Shown here in pieces: positions 38,503 to 48,289 of a stretch of DNA of 64,000 bases; within the stretch, counting starts at the first letter, position 1; each line of letters begins with the position of its first letter. The stretch spans positions 96,001 to 160,000 of the forward strand of contig CAVYTA010000006.1 in NCBI GenBank assembly GCA_963771355.1. Direction: 5' to 3'. This stretch comes from an uncultured Candidatus Rokubacteria bacterium. GTDB taxonomy: Bacteria; Methylomirabilota; Methylomirabilia; Rokubacteriales; CSP1-6. Position numbers and translations under genes: made by a program. The notes beneath the pieces were generated by a model. It saw nothing but the letters and a program-made list of their open reading frames with translations, searched no databases and was not told the origin of the DNA.

Positions 38503-39108
38503 TTGCGGCTCCGATTCACGCTGGTGCCGGTTGCCCTGGCCGCCGCCCTTGTGGCGGCGGTCCCGGGCCCGGCGCGGGCTGGCGATCTCGAGGCGGGGCA
38601 ACGAAAGGCCGCGCCGTGCGCAACCTGCCACGGCGCCGACGGCAATGCCACCGTTCCCGGCATGCCCTCGCTCGCCGGCCAGCCCGCGTTTTTCACCCAC
38701 TGGCAGCTCATCAAGTACCGCGACGGGCGCCGGAAGGATCCCCAGATGTCGGGGCCGGCGCAGAATCTCACGGACACCGACATGGCGGACCTGGCCGCCT
38801 ACTACGCGGTCCAGCAGCCGCGGCCCCGCTCGGCGAGCACGGATCCCGCCAGGGTCGACGAAGGCCGGCGGCTCGCGGCGCTGCATCACTGCACCTCGTG
38901 CCACCGGCCCGATCTCAGCGGGCAGCAGCAGGTGCCGCGCCTGGCGGGCCAGGACTTCGATTACCTCCTCAAGCTCCTCCGCAGCTTCAAGGCCAAGACC
39001 GCTACGGACCTGGACGGGCTGATGACGATGTCGGCCCAGCCCCTGCGCGAGGAGGAGATCGTGGACCTCGTCCACTTCATGGCGAGCCTGGGGAGTGGCG
39101 CCCGCTAA
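38503..39108 (+). CDS. Di-heme cytochrome c4-like protein
   Basis: CATCH and CTSCH, P.LAGQ twice, distal Met; signal peptide; start uncertain (38491 or 38503). Confidence 0.9.
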   Translation: MRLRFTLVPVALAAALVAAVPGPARAGDLEAGQRKAAPCATCHGADGNATVPGMPSLAGQPAFFTHWQLIKYRDGRRKDPQMSGPAQNLTDTDMADLAAYYAVQQPRPRSASTDPARVDEGRRLAALHHCTSCHRPDLSGQQQVPRLAGQDFDYLLKLLRSFKAKTATDLDGLMTMSAQPLREEEIVDLVHFMASLGSGAR

Positions 39109-39139
39109 CTCGACCGCGATCTCGCCCCGCATTTCCAGG

Positions 39140-39154
39140 TGGCACGAGAGTTGC
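39140..39154 (+). promoter_or_regulatory. Sigma-54 promoter of katE
   Basis: TGGCAC-GAGAG-TTGC followed by GAGGAG RBS and GTG 39190. Confidence 0.72.
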
Positions 39155-39189
39155 GATACCACGGCGCGGTTCCAGAGGAGGAACAGCCT

Positions 39190-41421
39190 GTGGCGAGCAA
39201 GAAGCGGGGAACGAGCATCAATCGGCGGGCGAAGGCGAACGGCTCGAGCGGACCGAACGGTGCCAAGAATGCGGCACTGGAGCGCTTCCGCGCGGATGCC
39301 GACGAACAGTTCCTGACCACCGACCAGGGGGTCCGGATCACCGACGACCAGAACTCGCTCAAGGCGGGGGCACGGGGGCCGTCGCTCCTGGAGGACTTCA
39401 TTCTCCGGGAGAAAATCACCCATTTCGACCACGAGCGAATTCCGGAGCGGGTGGTGCACGCGCGGGGCGCGGCGGCGCACGGCCATTTCCAGGTCTACAA
39501 GTCCCTGAGCCGCCTGACCCGAGCCCGATTCCTCCAGGATCCGTCCGTGAAGACTCCGGTGTTCGTCCGCTTCTCCACCGTGGCGGGCTCCCGCGGCTCC
39601 AGTGACCTGGCGCGCGACGTCCGGGGCTTTGCGGTGAAGTTCTACACCGAGGAAGGCAACTTCGACCTGGTGGGGAACAATATCCCGGTCTTCTTCATCC
39701 AGGACGCGGTCAAGTTCCCCGACCTCGTCCACGCGGTGAAGCCCGAGCCGCACAACGAGATTCCCCAGGCCGCCTCGGCCCACGACACCTTCTGGGACTT
39801 CATCTCCCTGATGCCCGAGTCCATGCACATGATCATGTGGGTGATGTCCGACCGGGCCATTCCCCGGAGCTTCCGGATGATGGAAGGCTTCGGCATCCAC
39901 ACGTTCCGCTTCCTCGACGAGCGGGGCGGCTCACGCTTCGTCAAGTTCCACTGGAAGCCCCTCCTGGGCGTGCACTCGGTGCTCTGGGACGAGGCGCAGA
40001 AGATCTCCGGCAAAGACCCCGATTTCCACCGGCGCGACCTCTGGGAAGCCATCGAGAGCGGCGCCTTCCCGGAGTGGGAGTTCGGCATTCAGGTCGTCGA
40101 GGAGGCGGACGAGCACAAGTTCGCCTTCGACCTGCTCGATGCCACCAAGCTCATTCCGGAGGAGCTGGTGCCGGTGCAGCGGATCGGCAAGCTCACGCTC
40201 AACCGGAACCCGGACAACTTCTTCGCGGAGACGGAGCAGGTCGCCTTTCACCCGGGTCACCTCGTGCCGGGTCTCGACTTCACCAATGACCCACTGCTGC
40301 AGGGCCGGCTCTTCTCCTACACGGACACCCAGCTCATCCGACTGGGGGGACCCAACTTCCACGAGATCCCCATCAACCAGCCGGTGGCGTCCGTGCACAA
40401 CAATCAGCGCGACGGCCACATGCGCCAGACCATCAACCCTGGGCCGGCAAGCTATCACCCCAACACCACCGGCGGCGGATGCCCCATGCAGGCCGGCCGG
40501 CGCCTGGGCGGCTACGTCAGCCATCCGCAGGCCCTCGAGGGCGAGAAGCTGCGCGCGCGCGGAGCGAAGTTCTTCGATCACTTCAGCCAGGCCACGCTGT
40601 TCTGGAACAGCCAGTCCGAGACGGAGCGTGAGCACATCGTGCAGGCCCTCCGGTTCGAGCTCGGCATGCTCGACCGGCCCGAGATCCGAGAGCGCATGGT
40701 CGGCATGCTGGGGCAGGTGGACCGGACCCTCGCCGGCCGCGTGGCAGAAGGTCTGGGACTGCCCGCCACCGTGACCATCTCGGGACCGCTCAACCTCAGC
40801 GTGCCGGCGGACGCCGACGAGAAGGCCTTCCAGCCGCGCCGCGCCAAGCCGCCCGTCGAGCGGTCGGCGGCGCTGAGCATGGCCGGGACGGTCAAGGACA
40901 CCGCGAAGACCCGCAAGGTGGCGATCCTGTGCGCCGATGGCGTCGACCTGGCGGCGGTGCGGGCGATGCAGCGCGCGCTGACCGAGGCGGGTGCGGTGTG
41001 GAAGATCATCGCGCCGCGGCAGGGGTCGCTCAAGGGCAACGGGGGCACCATCGCCGCGGACTACAGTTTCCTGAACGCCGCCTCCGTGCTCTTCGACGCG
41101 GTATTCGTGCCGGGCGGCGACCGGAGCGTGGAGGCCCTCGCGGGCGAGGCAAGCGCGCTCCTGTTCGTGCGGGAGGCCTACAAGCACTGCAAGGCCATCG
41201 CGGCGGTAGGGGCGGGCGTCGGCCTCCTCAGCGTCGCGGGGCTCGGCGACAACGGCGCCCCTCAGGATAACGGTGGGACGGCGACCACCCTCGGGGCCGA
41301 CGAGGCTATCGCGGTGGGGACGGATGCCGAGCTGCCGCGCGTGGCCGCGCGCTTCCTTCGCGCCATCGGCCGGCACCGCAACTGGGATCGCGAGGCGGCG
41401 GCCACGCGCGTTCCGGCGTGA
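39190..41421 (+). CDS. katE: Large-subunit catalase HPII
   Basis: [41 protein letters not shown]-terminal DJ-1-like domain. Confidence 0.97.
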   Translation: MASKKRGTSINRRAKANGSSGPNGAKNAALERFRADADEQFLTTDQGVRITDDQNSLKAGARGPSLLEDFILREKITHFDHERIPERVVHARGAAAHGHFQVYKSLSRLTRARFLQDPSVKTPVFVRFSTVAGSRGSSDLARDVRGFAVKFYTEEGNFDLVGNNIPVFFIQDAVKFPDLVHAVKPEPHNEIPQAASAHDTFWDFISLMPESMHMIMWVMSDRAIPRSFRMMEGFGIHTFRFLDERGGSRFVKFHWKPLLGVHSVLWDEAQKISGKDPDFHRRDLWEAIESGAFPEWEFGIQVVEEADEHKFAFDLLDATKLIPEELVPVQRIGKLTLNRNPDNFFAETEQVAFHPGHLVPGLDFTNDPLLQGRLFSYTDTQLIRLGGPNFHEIPINQPVASVHNNQRDGHMRQTINPGPASYHPNTTGGGCPMQAGRRLGGYVSHPQALEGEKLRARGAKFFDHFSQATLFWNSQSETEREHIVQALRFELGMLDRPEIRERMVGMLGQVDRTLAGRVAEGLGLPATVTISGPLNLSVPADADEKAFQPRRAKPPVERSAALSMAGTVKDTAKTRKVAILCADGVDLAAVRAMQRALTEAGAVWKIIAPRQGSLKGNGGTIAADYSFLNAASVLFDAVFVPGGDRSVEALAGEASALLFVREAYKHCKAIAAVGAGVGLLSVAGLGDNGAPQDNGGTATTLGADEAIAVGTDAELPRVAARFLRAIGRHRNWDREAAATRVPA

Positions 41422-41445
41422 GTCAGGGCACGGGGTGGGGGCGGG

Positions 41446-42210
41446 TCAGATCCCGCCCGTCACATCGATGGTCACGCCGGTGACGAAGTCGGCGTCGGCG
41501 GAGGCGAGGAACCCGATCACCCGCGCCTGATCGCGCGCCTCCGCCACGCGACGGAGGGGGTTCCGCGCGAGCTCTTCCGCTTTCTGGGCATCCGTCCAGC
41601 CGTCCCAGCGCGGCCGGAGCCGCTCGGTGAGGGTGAGGCTGGGGGCGATGGCGTTGACGTTCACCCCGAAGGGCCCCAGCTCGTGCGCGAGCTTGCGCGT
41701 GAAGGCGATGATGCCGCCCTTGGCGGCGGCGTACGCGCTGCTGCTCGACTCGCTCAGTCCGCGCCCGGCGATGGAGGAGATGTTGACGATCTTCCCCGCC
41801 CGCTGACGCTTCATGACCGGCACCACCGCGTGGCAGAAGAGGAAGGTGCCGTCGAGGTTGAAAGCGAGGAGGCGCTGCCACTCCGCCAGCGTCAGCTCGT
41901 CCACGGTGGCGGCGGCCCGGGCGATGACGGTGCTGCCGCCCACCGCATTGACCAGGATGTCGATGCGGCCGTGCTCGGCGGCGACGGCCTTCACCACCTC
42001 GTCCACCTGATGGGGATCGAGGGCGTCGGCGCGATGGCCATGCGCGCGGCCGCCGGCCCCCTGGAGCGCGGCCACCGCGGCGTCGAGCCGCACCTTGTCG
42101 GTGTCGATCAGAACGACCGTGCCACCCTCGGCGACGATGATGTCGGCGGTGGCGCGGCCGATGCCGCTCGCTCCCGCGGTGATGAGCGCGATCCGGCCCT
42201 CGAAGCGCAT
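41446..42210 (-). CDS. SDR family oxidoreductase
   Basis: TAGASGIG, NAVG, YAAAK. Confidence 0.92.
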   Translation of the reverse strand: MRFEGRIALITAGASGIGRATADIIVAEGGTVVLIDTDKVRLDAAVAALQGAGGRAHGHRADALDPHQVDEVVKAVAAEHGRIDILVNAVGGSTVIARAAATVDELTLAEWQRLLAFNLDGTFLFCHAVVPVMKRQRAGKIVNISSIAGRGLSESSSSAYAAAKGGIIAFTRKLAHELGPFGVNVNAIAPSLTLTERLRPRWDGWTDAQKAEELARNPLRRVAEARDQARVIGFLASADADFVTGVTIDVTGGI

Positions 42211-42244
42211 GGCGTCCTCCTCGGCAGTGGGCTCTGCGACGGGA

Positions 42245-43474
42245 TCAGGCGGCGACGGGCGTGGGTCCCTTGGCGTAGGCAATGCTGATGGGGGCGTTGG
42301 CCTCGAAGGGGCTCCAGAGGCCGAGCGTCTTGCCCATCTCGCGGACGGCGGGGAGGACCTCCTGGCCGAGCAGCTTGATGCAGCTCTGGGTGTCGGCGTT
42401 GCTCACGAAGCCGTCGGCGCACCAGAAGCCCAGGATCGAGGGCCGCGTCTCCTCGAGCAACCGGCGGAGCTTGGGGATCACCGTCTTGGGCGTCCCCGCG
42501 ATGATCTGCTGGGAGGCGATCTGGTCCTCGAACTCGGCCGCCCGCGGATTGGCGCCGCGGCCCACCGCGTACTCGACGAAGGCCTTGCGGTAGGACGGCG
42601 AGAAGTAGCCGGAGGGGCTCGACCACACCGGATGCGCGAGCCCGGTGAACTCGCCCTGCATCCACATGAACTGGCGCGCGTTGGCGAGCGCCTTCTCCTC
42701 CGTCTCGGCCACGTGGCAGCGCTGGAGATAGCCGCGGTTCTCGGGGCCGCCGGTATAGCCGGCCTCCGCCGCCACCGAGTCGTAGAGCTCCCAGATTTTC
42801 TTGGTGGCGTCGATGGCGGTGCTGAGCGCGATGTAGGGATAGCGCTGCTTCGCCGCCCAGATGATGGTCTCCTTGCTGAGCACGCCGGGGATCCAGATGC
42901 GCGGATGCGGCTTCTGCAGCGGTACCGCCCAGGGATTCACTACCCGGTGCTGGTAGTGGGTGCCCTCCCAGCGGAAGGGCCCCTCCTGCGTCCAGGCGCG
43001 CACGATGAGCTCGTGCGCCTCCTCGAAGCGCTCGCGGTTGAAGGCGGGATTCACGCCGGTGGCGAGCTGCTCCTGGCCCCCGCCGCGCACGAAGCCCGAG
43101 ACCAGCCGGCCCCCCGAGATCATGTCGATCATGGCCAGCTCCTCGGCCAGCCGCACCGGGTTGTCGGCCAGGGGCAGGGGATTGCCGAGGAGGACGATCT
43201 TCACCCGCTTGGTCATGGCGGCCAGGATCGACGCGAAGACATTGCACTTGGCCTGCATGCAGAACGGCGCATTGTGGTGCTCGTTCAGCATGATGCCGTC
43301 GAAGCCCGACTCTTCCGCCAGTCGGTAGTGCTCGAGGTACTCGTTGTACAGCCGGCTCCCCGCGACGGGATCGAAGTGCTTGTTGGAGAACATCAGCGCG
43401 GTGGCCCCGCGCTTCCGGCCCTCTTCCGCGGGATACGCCGACATCGGTTGCTCGGTGAAGTACATGAGGTGCAT
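42245..43474 (-). CDS. Luciferase-like (LLM) flavin-dependent oxidoreductase
   Basis: GFDGIMLNEHH, NPVRLAEELAMID.ISGGRL, PLQKPHP.IW. Confidence 0.92.
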   Translation of the reverse strand: MHLMYFTEQPMSAYPAEEGRKRGATALMFSNKHFDPVAGSRLYNEYLEHYRLAEESGFDGIMLNEHHNAPFCMQAKCNVFASILAAMTKRVKIVLLGNPLPLADNPVRLAEELAMIDMISGGRLVSGFVRGGGQEQLATGVNPAFNRERFEEAHELIVRAWTQEGPFRWEGTHYQHRVVNPWAVPLQKPHPRIWIPGVLSKETIIWAAKQRYPYIALSTAIDATKKIWELYDSVAAEAGYTGGPENRGYLQRCHVAETEEKALANARQFMWMQGEFTGLAHPVWSSPSGYFSPSYRKAFVEYAVGRGANPRAAEFEDQIASQQIIAGTPKTVIPKLRRLLEETRPSILGFWCADGFVSNADTQSCIKLLGQEVLPAVREMGKTLGLWSPFEANAPISIAYAKGPTPVAA

Positions 43475-43485
43475 GGGGTCTCTCC

Positions 43486-44292
43486 TCAGCTTCCGGCGGC
43501 GAATTCGAGGACGAGGCGCGCGAGCGCCTCGGGCTGCTCCATGTCCAGGCAATGCCCGGCGCCGTCCACCACCGCCAGGCGCGCCCCGGGCAGGGCCCGC
43601 GCGTAGGCCTCGCCGCATTCGAGCGGCACCACGCGATCCCGGCGTCCCCACACCACCAGCGCGGGCGTGGTCACGCCGGGGAGGAGGTGGGGGAGGGTGG
43701 GGCTGTACATGTAGGGCTTCCACGCGATGCGGAACGTCATCTCACGGTTGAGGTCCCACTCCTCCAGTTGCGGCGTGGGCGGGTCGGCGCCGAAGAGGCG
43801 GTCGAAGGCCTTCTGGTCCTCGAAGCCGGCGCGCGCGTAGTCGATGTAGCTGACCAGCGCCTGATCGAGGATCTCGCCCTGGGCCGGTTTCAAACCCATC
43901 GCTCCGACTAGGATGAGACGGAGGAAGTTTCGCGGCGCCATGCTCGCCATCTCCGCCGCGATCCAGCCGCCGAAGCCGAGTCCAAGCAGCGAAGGCGTGG
44001 TCCAGCCGCGCTCGGTGATCAGGAGCTGATACAGCACCGCCAGGTCGCGCACGCTTCGCATCCAGGCGGGGCGCTCGGTGCCGTCATAGCCCGGATGCGA
44101 GGGGAGGTGGACGGTGAAGCGCTGCGCGAGCGCGTCGTAGAAGGGAAGACGCTCGGGCGTGCCGATGTCGTGGTGCAGGATCAACAGCGGCTCGCCGCGG
44201 CCGCTCGTGCGCAGCCGCACGGGATGGCCCGCCACCCGCACCTCTTCGGTCTTCCAGCTCGCCTCGGGGATGGTCGTCGCGGTGGCGCTCAC
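43486..44292 (-). CDS. Alpha/beta-hydrolase-fold protein lacking the nucleophile Ser
   Basis: GEPLLILHH, HPGYD, LLGLGFGGWIAAE, P.LVVWG..D, AGHC..MEQP. Confidence 0.85.
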   Translation of the reverse strand: MSATATTIPEASWKTEEVRVAGHPVRLRTSGRGEPLLILHHDIGTPERLPFYDALAQRFTVHLPSHPGYDGTERPAWMRSVRDLAVLYQLLITERGWTTPSLLGLGFGGWIAAEMASMAPRNFLRLILVGAMGLKPAQGEILDQALVSYIDYARAGFEDQKAFDRLFGADPPTPQLEEWDLNREMTFRIAWKPYMYSPTLPHLLPGVTTPALVVWGRRDRVVPLECGEAYARALPGARLAVVDGAGHCLDMEQPEALARLVLEFAAGS

Positions 44293-44399
44293 GGTGTGCT
44301 CGCTCTCTCGGGACCGGGTCTCGAAACGGATGTGCCGACGTGAGTGACGCTATCAGATGGAGTCGGCGTCCCGCAAGAGCCAAGGGCGGCCGCGTCCGG

Positions 44400-45938
44400 T
44401 CACGGGGTCTTGAGCCGCACGTCCTCGTAGGCCGGAAACGGAACCAGGGGCAGCGTGTTGATGGTGTGGTCCGCCACGCGGGGCCCGATACCGATCAATC
44501 CGCGGAGATCCATCACCGGCGCGAACATCACGCGCTCGACGGTGAGGCGCTGGATGCGGTGCAAGGTGGCTTCACGCTTGGCCGGATCCCGCTCGCGCGC
44601 CTGCTGCTGGAAGAGCTCGTCGAGGTCGGGATAGCCGCCGTAGGCATGGCTGCCTTTCGAATATATGAACGCCTCCACGCGGCTGGCCGCATTCCCGGAA
44701 TTGCCCACCGCGGTGAGGAAGAGCCCGCGCAGCTTCTTCTCCTGCCACGCCGCGTAGAACGCCGCGCGCTCCATGAGGCGGGACCGCACGCGGATGCCGG
44801 CGGCGTTCAGCGCGTTCATGGTGGCCTCCGCCACGGTGTAGAAGCCCGGGATGGGCACGAAGTCGCCCGCGTCGAGGCCGTTGGGATAGCCGGCCTCGGC
44901 GAGGAGCTGCTTGGCGCGCGGCAGGTCGTAGGGGGGCGGCTCCACCTGCAAGGCGAACTCCATCACCCGCGGCACGATGACCCCCGCGGGTGGGCAGAAG
45001 CCCACGCAGGCCGCCTCGTTGATCGACTTGCGGTCGAGCGACAGGTTGACCGCCTGCCGCATGCGCCGGTCGTGCCACGGCGACTTGGGATCCCACTGGT
45101 CGGCGAACTCGATCCAGAAGATGGAGGCGTGCCGCGTGTCCACCAGGACCAGGCGCGAATCCTTCTTCACCACCTCGGCCTCCGGCCCGTCGAGGAAGTA
45201 CGCCATGTCGAGCTGGCCGCTCTTGAGCGCGGCCAGCCGGCTGGTGCTGTCGGTGATGCTCTTCATGACCAAGCGCCTGACGTACGGCGGGTGCCGCCAG
45301 TAGCCGGGGTAGGCCTCCAGCACCAGCTCCACGCCGGGCGCGTGGCTCACGAACTTGTAGGGGCCCGCCCCCACCGGCCGCTGGCGGAAGGCCTCCTCGC
45401 CCACCTGCTCGATGTATTTCTTCGGGACGACGAGGCCCGCCGCGGTGGCGGTGGTCCCGTAGAAGGTCATGAAGTCGGGCCAGGCCTGCTTGAGGTGGAA
45501 GCGGACGCGCAGCGGGTCCACCACCTCCACGCGCTGCACGCGCGCCTGGAGCTCCCGCGCCCCCGCGCCCTTGTAGCGGTCGTAGCTGAACTTCACGTCC
45601 TCGGTGGTGACGGGGTCGCCATTGTGGAAGAGGAGACCGCGGCGCAGCCGGAACTCGTAGACGAGGCCATCCGGGCTCTCCGTCCACGATTCGGCCAGGC
45701 TCGGGCCCATCTTCTGCCCCGGCAGCGGGCGCACGAGGGCGTCGTGCACCGCGTAGAGCACGCCGAAGGGCGTGATCTGGGGCGGCGCGGTGGAGGGATC
45801 CAGCCAGGCCGGGGTGACGGTGACGTGAAAGGACACCGTCACCTCGCCCGCGGGCGTCTGGGCGAGCACGGGGGCGGGCGCGGCGAGCAACAACGCGGCG
45901 GCGAGCGAGAGGACGAAGCGGCGGCGCGAAGGAGTCAT
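44400..45938 (-). CDS. ABC transporter substrate-binding protein, family 5
   Basis: LAESWTESPDG..YEFRLR.G..FHNG.P.T.EDVKFS, PVGAGPYK. Confidence 0.93.
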   Translation of the reverse strand: MTPSRRRFVLSLAAALLLAAPAPVLAQTPAGEVTVSFHVTVTPAWLDPSTAPPQITPFGVLYAVHDALVRPLPGQKMGPSLAESWTESPDGLVYEFRLRRGLLFHNGDPVTTEDVKFSYDRYKGAGARELQARVQRVEVVDPLRVRFHLKQAWPDFMTFYGTTATAAGLVVPKKYIEQVGEEAFRQRPVGAGPYKFVSHAPGVELVLEAYPGYWRHPPYVRRLVMKSITDSTSRLAALKSGQLDMAYFLDGPEAEVVKKDSRLVLVDTRHASIFWIEFADQWDPKSPWHDRRMRQAVNLSLDRKSINEAACVGFCPPAGVIVPRVMEFALQVEPPPYDLPRAKQLLAEAGYPNGLDAGDFVPIPGFYTVAEATMNALNAAGIRVRSRLMERAAFYAAWQEKKLRGLFLTAVGNSGNAASRVEAFIYSKGSHAYGGYPDLDELFQQQARERDPAKREATLHRIQRLTVERVMFAPVMDLRGLIGIGPRVADHTINTLPLVPFPAYEDVRLKTP

Positions 45939-45966
45939 GCAGTCCCTCCTCGGTACGGAGCGGCCG

Positions 45967-47121
45967 TTACATTCTCGAGTCGTCGACCTTCAATCCCAGC
46001 CAGTGCTGTCCGACCAGCTCGTAGTGGGCGAGGCGTCCCTGCAGGTGCTGGCTGATCACATGGACGTCCTGGAAGTGACGCTGGAGGAGATGGCTCTCGT
46101 AGATCGCGGTGGCGCCGGCCGCATTGTAGACGGCGTCCACCACCTGGACGGCGAGGCGGATGGCGTGGGTGGTGGCCACCCGCAGGGTGGCGCGCTCGTC
46201 GAGCGTGATCTCGCCGTTGGCGCTGGTGCTGGCCCAGACGTCGCGCACCGTCTCCCGCAGCAGCGCGCGGGCCGAGCGCCAGTCGGCCTCGGCATGGCCC
46301 ACCATGTTCTGGATCATGGACTGCTCGCGCAGCGGCGCCGCCATCGCGCGCGGCGTCTTGGCGCCGGCCAGCTCGAGGAAGGTGTCGAGACAGGCGCGGG
46401 CGGTGCCGAGCGCGGCGGCGGCGTCGCCGGAGGCGAAGAGCAAGGTGCGGGGAATCTTGTACAGCGGCCCGGATTCGAGCAGCGGCGGCGTCACCGACAG
46501 CACCGTGCGCCAGCCGGGCACGAAGACATCGCTCACCGCGAAGTGATGGGTGCCGGTGCCGCGCATGCCGCGCGTGTGCCAGGTGTCCAGGAGCTCGGCC
46601 TCCGCCACGGGCACGAAGAGGTACCGCACGTCTGGATTCCCGTCGGGGAGGCGCTGGGGCTGGCCGTCCACCACGACCTGCGCGTGCGCCGCCACCCAGG
46701 CGGCGTGCCGGCAGCCGGTGCTGAAGCCCTGGCGCCCGGTGACTCGATAGCCGCCCGGCACCGGCACCGCGGTGGCGGTGGGCGCCGGCGTATTGGCCAC
46801 CACCGCGCGCGGGGTGTCGACGAAGATCGCCCGGGCAGTCTCGGGAGGCATCCGCGCCGAATAGGTCGCGAAGATGGCGCCCTGATTGACGGCCCACGCG
46901 GTACTGGCGTCCGCCTGCCCCAGTGCTTCGATCACCTGGATATAGGTGGGCGGGTCGATCTCCGGAAAACCCAGGGAGCGCGGGAGCGCCAGGTGGAAAA
47001 GCCCCGCGTCGGCCAGCGCCTCGAATAGCTCGCGCGGCAGCTCGCGCTTCGCCTCGATCTCGTCCGCGGCGGATCGGATCCGGGGAGCCAGCTCACGTGC
47101 CGCATCGAGAGGCGAACGCAC
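45967..47121 (-). CDS. Acyl-CoA dehydrogenase-fold flavin-dependent monooxygenase (HsaA-like)
   Basis: L.DAGLF.L.LPR.LG, ADASTAW, G...FSTGC.HA, DTW...GMRGTGT, LQRHFQD; GTG start. Confidence 0.88.
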   Translation of the reverse strand: MRSPLDAARELAPRIRSAADEIEAKRELPRELFEALADAGLFHLALPRSLGFPEIDPPTYIQVIEALGQADASTAWAVNQGAIFATYSARMPPETARAIFVDTPRAVVANTPAPTATAVPVPGGYRVTGRQGFSTGCRHAAWVAAHAQVVVDGQPQRLPDGNPDVRYLFVPVAEAELLDTWHTRGMRGTGTHHFAVSDVFVPGWRTVLSVTPPLLESGPLYKIPRTLLFASGDAAAALGTARACLDTFLELAGAKTPRAMAAPLREQSMIQNMVGHAEADWRSARALLRETVRDVWASTSANGEITLDERATLRVATTHAIRLAVQVVDAVYNAAGATAIYESHLLQRHFQDVHVISQHLQGRLAHYELVGQHWLGLKVDDSRM

Positions 47122-47127
47122 CGGGGA

Positions 47128-47156
47128 AGAATGTCCCCCCGCGAGAGCCCTGTCAA
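47128..47156 (-). promoter_or_regulatory. Sigma-70 promoter, probably leaderless
   Basis: TTGACA-N17-CATTCT-N6-GTG with no SD. Confidence 0.6.
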
Positions 47157-47191
47157 GTCGCCGCCGAAGCGGGGTACCATTCGCTGACGCC

Positions 47192-48289
47192 ATGCCCCCC
47201 AGCCCCGCGGTGCTCGAGGCGCTCGACACGCTGCTGCCGCCGCTGCTCGGCACGCTCGAGCGCATCACGTGGGTGCAGCGCCACCTCTTCCCGCCCATGG
47301 CCGATCGCCTGGCGTCGGAGCTCACGCCGCGCGCGGCCGCCCTGGACGGGCCGCTCCGGGTCCTCGAGGCGATCGAGTGGCCGGCCGACTTGCGCTTCAT
47401 GCGGGACCGCTTGGTGGACGTGACGCGCCGGACGCTCGCCCTGGTGGAGGCCTTCGGGGACGCGGCGCGCACGCCGGAGGACCCCATCGGCCTCTACCGC
47501 GCGCTCCGACGCTTTGCGCCCCTGCAGGAGGCGCTCTATCCGCTGGCGCCGGTGCTGGACCCGGTGAGCCGCTGGTTCCTCGATCCCGCATGGCGCGATG
47601 ACGAGGCCCTCGTCGCCCGGTTGCGGGCCGCTGCCCTGCGCGACGACGACGTCCGCGTCGGGGTACTGCATTCCAAGAACGAGCGCGACGCCCGCGGCGG
47701 GTTCTCTCTCTACGTGCCGGAGACGTGGAACGCGGGGTCGGCGCCGGCCCTGATCGTGGCGCTACACGGCGGTCATGGCCACGGGCGGGACTTCCTGTGG
47801 AGCTGGGTGCGGGAGGCGCGCGCCCGCGGCATGCTCGTGCTCGCGCCCACCTCGCGGGACCGCACGTGGTCCATCATGGGCGGGGAAGACGTGGACGCGG
47901 ACAATCTGCGCGCCATGGTGGCGTCGGTGGCCGACCGCTACGCGGTGGACCGGAGCCGCGTGCTGCTGACCGGGATGTCGGACGGCGCCACCTACGCGCT
48001 CCTCTGCGGCCTGGGTGACGAGATGCCCTTCACCCACCTGGCCCCCATGTGCGGCGTGCTGCACCCGTATCTCCTCGGAGGCGGCATCGCCGGCGCTCGG
48101 GACCGCCCGATCTATCTGGTCCACGGTGCGCTGGACTGGATGTTCCCGCTGCCCACCGCGCACCTGGCGCGCGAGACCCTGCTCGCGGTGGGCGCGCGGC
48201 TCGTGTACCGCGAGATCGAGGACCTCTCCCACACCTATCCGCGCGACGAGAACCCGCGCGTGCTCGACTGGCTCAACGCGAAAGCGTAG
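47192..48289 (+). CDS. Phospholipase/carboxylesterase family protein with N-terminal helical extension
   Basis: VALHGGHG, GMSDG nucleophile elbow, HGALDWMF, SHTYP. Confidence 0.85.
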   Translation: MPPSPAVLEALDTLLPPLLGTLERITWVQRHLFPPMADRLASELTPRAAALDGPLRVLEAIEWPADLRFMRDRLVDVTRRTLALVEAFGDAARTPEDPIGLYRALRRFAPLQEALYPLAPVLDPVSRWFLDPAWRDDEALVARLRAAALRDDDVRVGVLHSKNERDARGGFSLYVPETWNAGSAPALIVALHGGHGHGRDFLWSWVREARARGMLVLAPTSRDRTWSIMGGEDVDADNLRAMVASVADRYAVDRSRVLLTGMSDGATYALLCGLGDEMPFTHLAPMCGVLHPYLLGGGIAGARDRPIYLVHGALDWMFPLPTAHLARETLLAVGARLVYREIEDLSHTYPRDENPRVLDWLNAKA

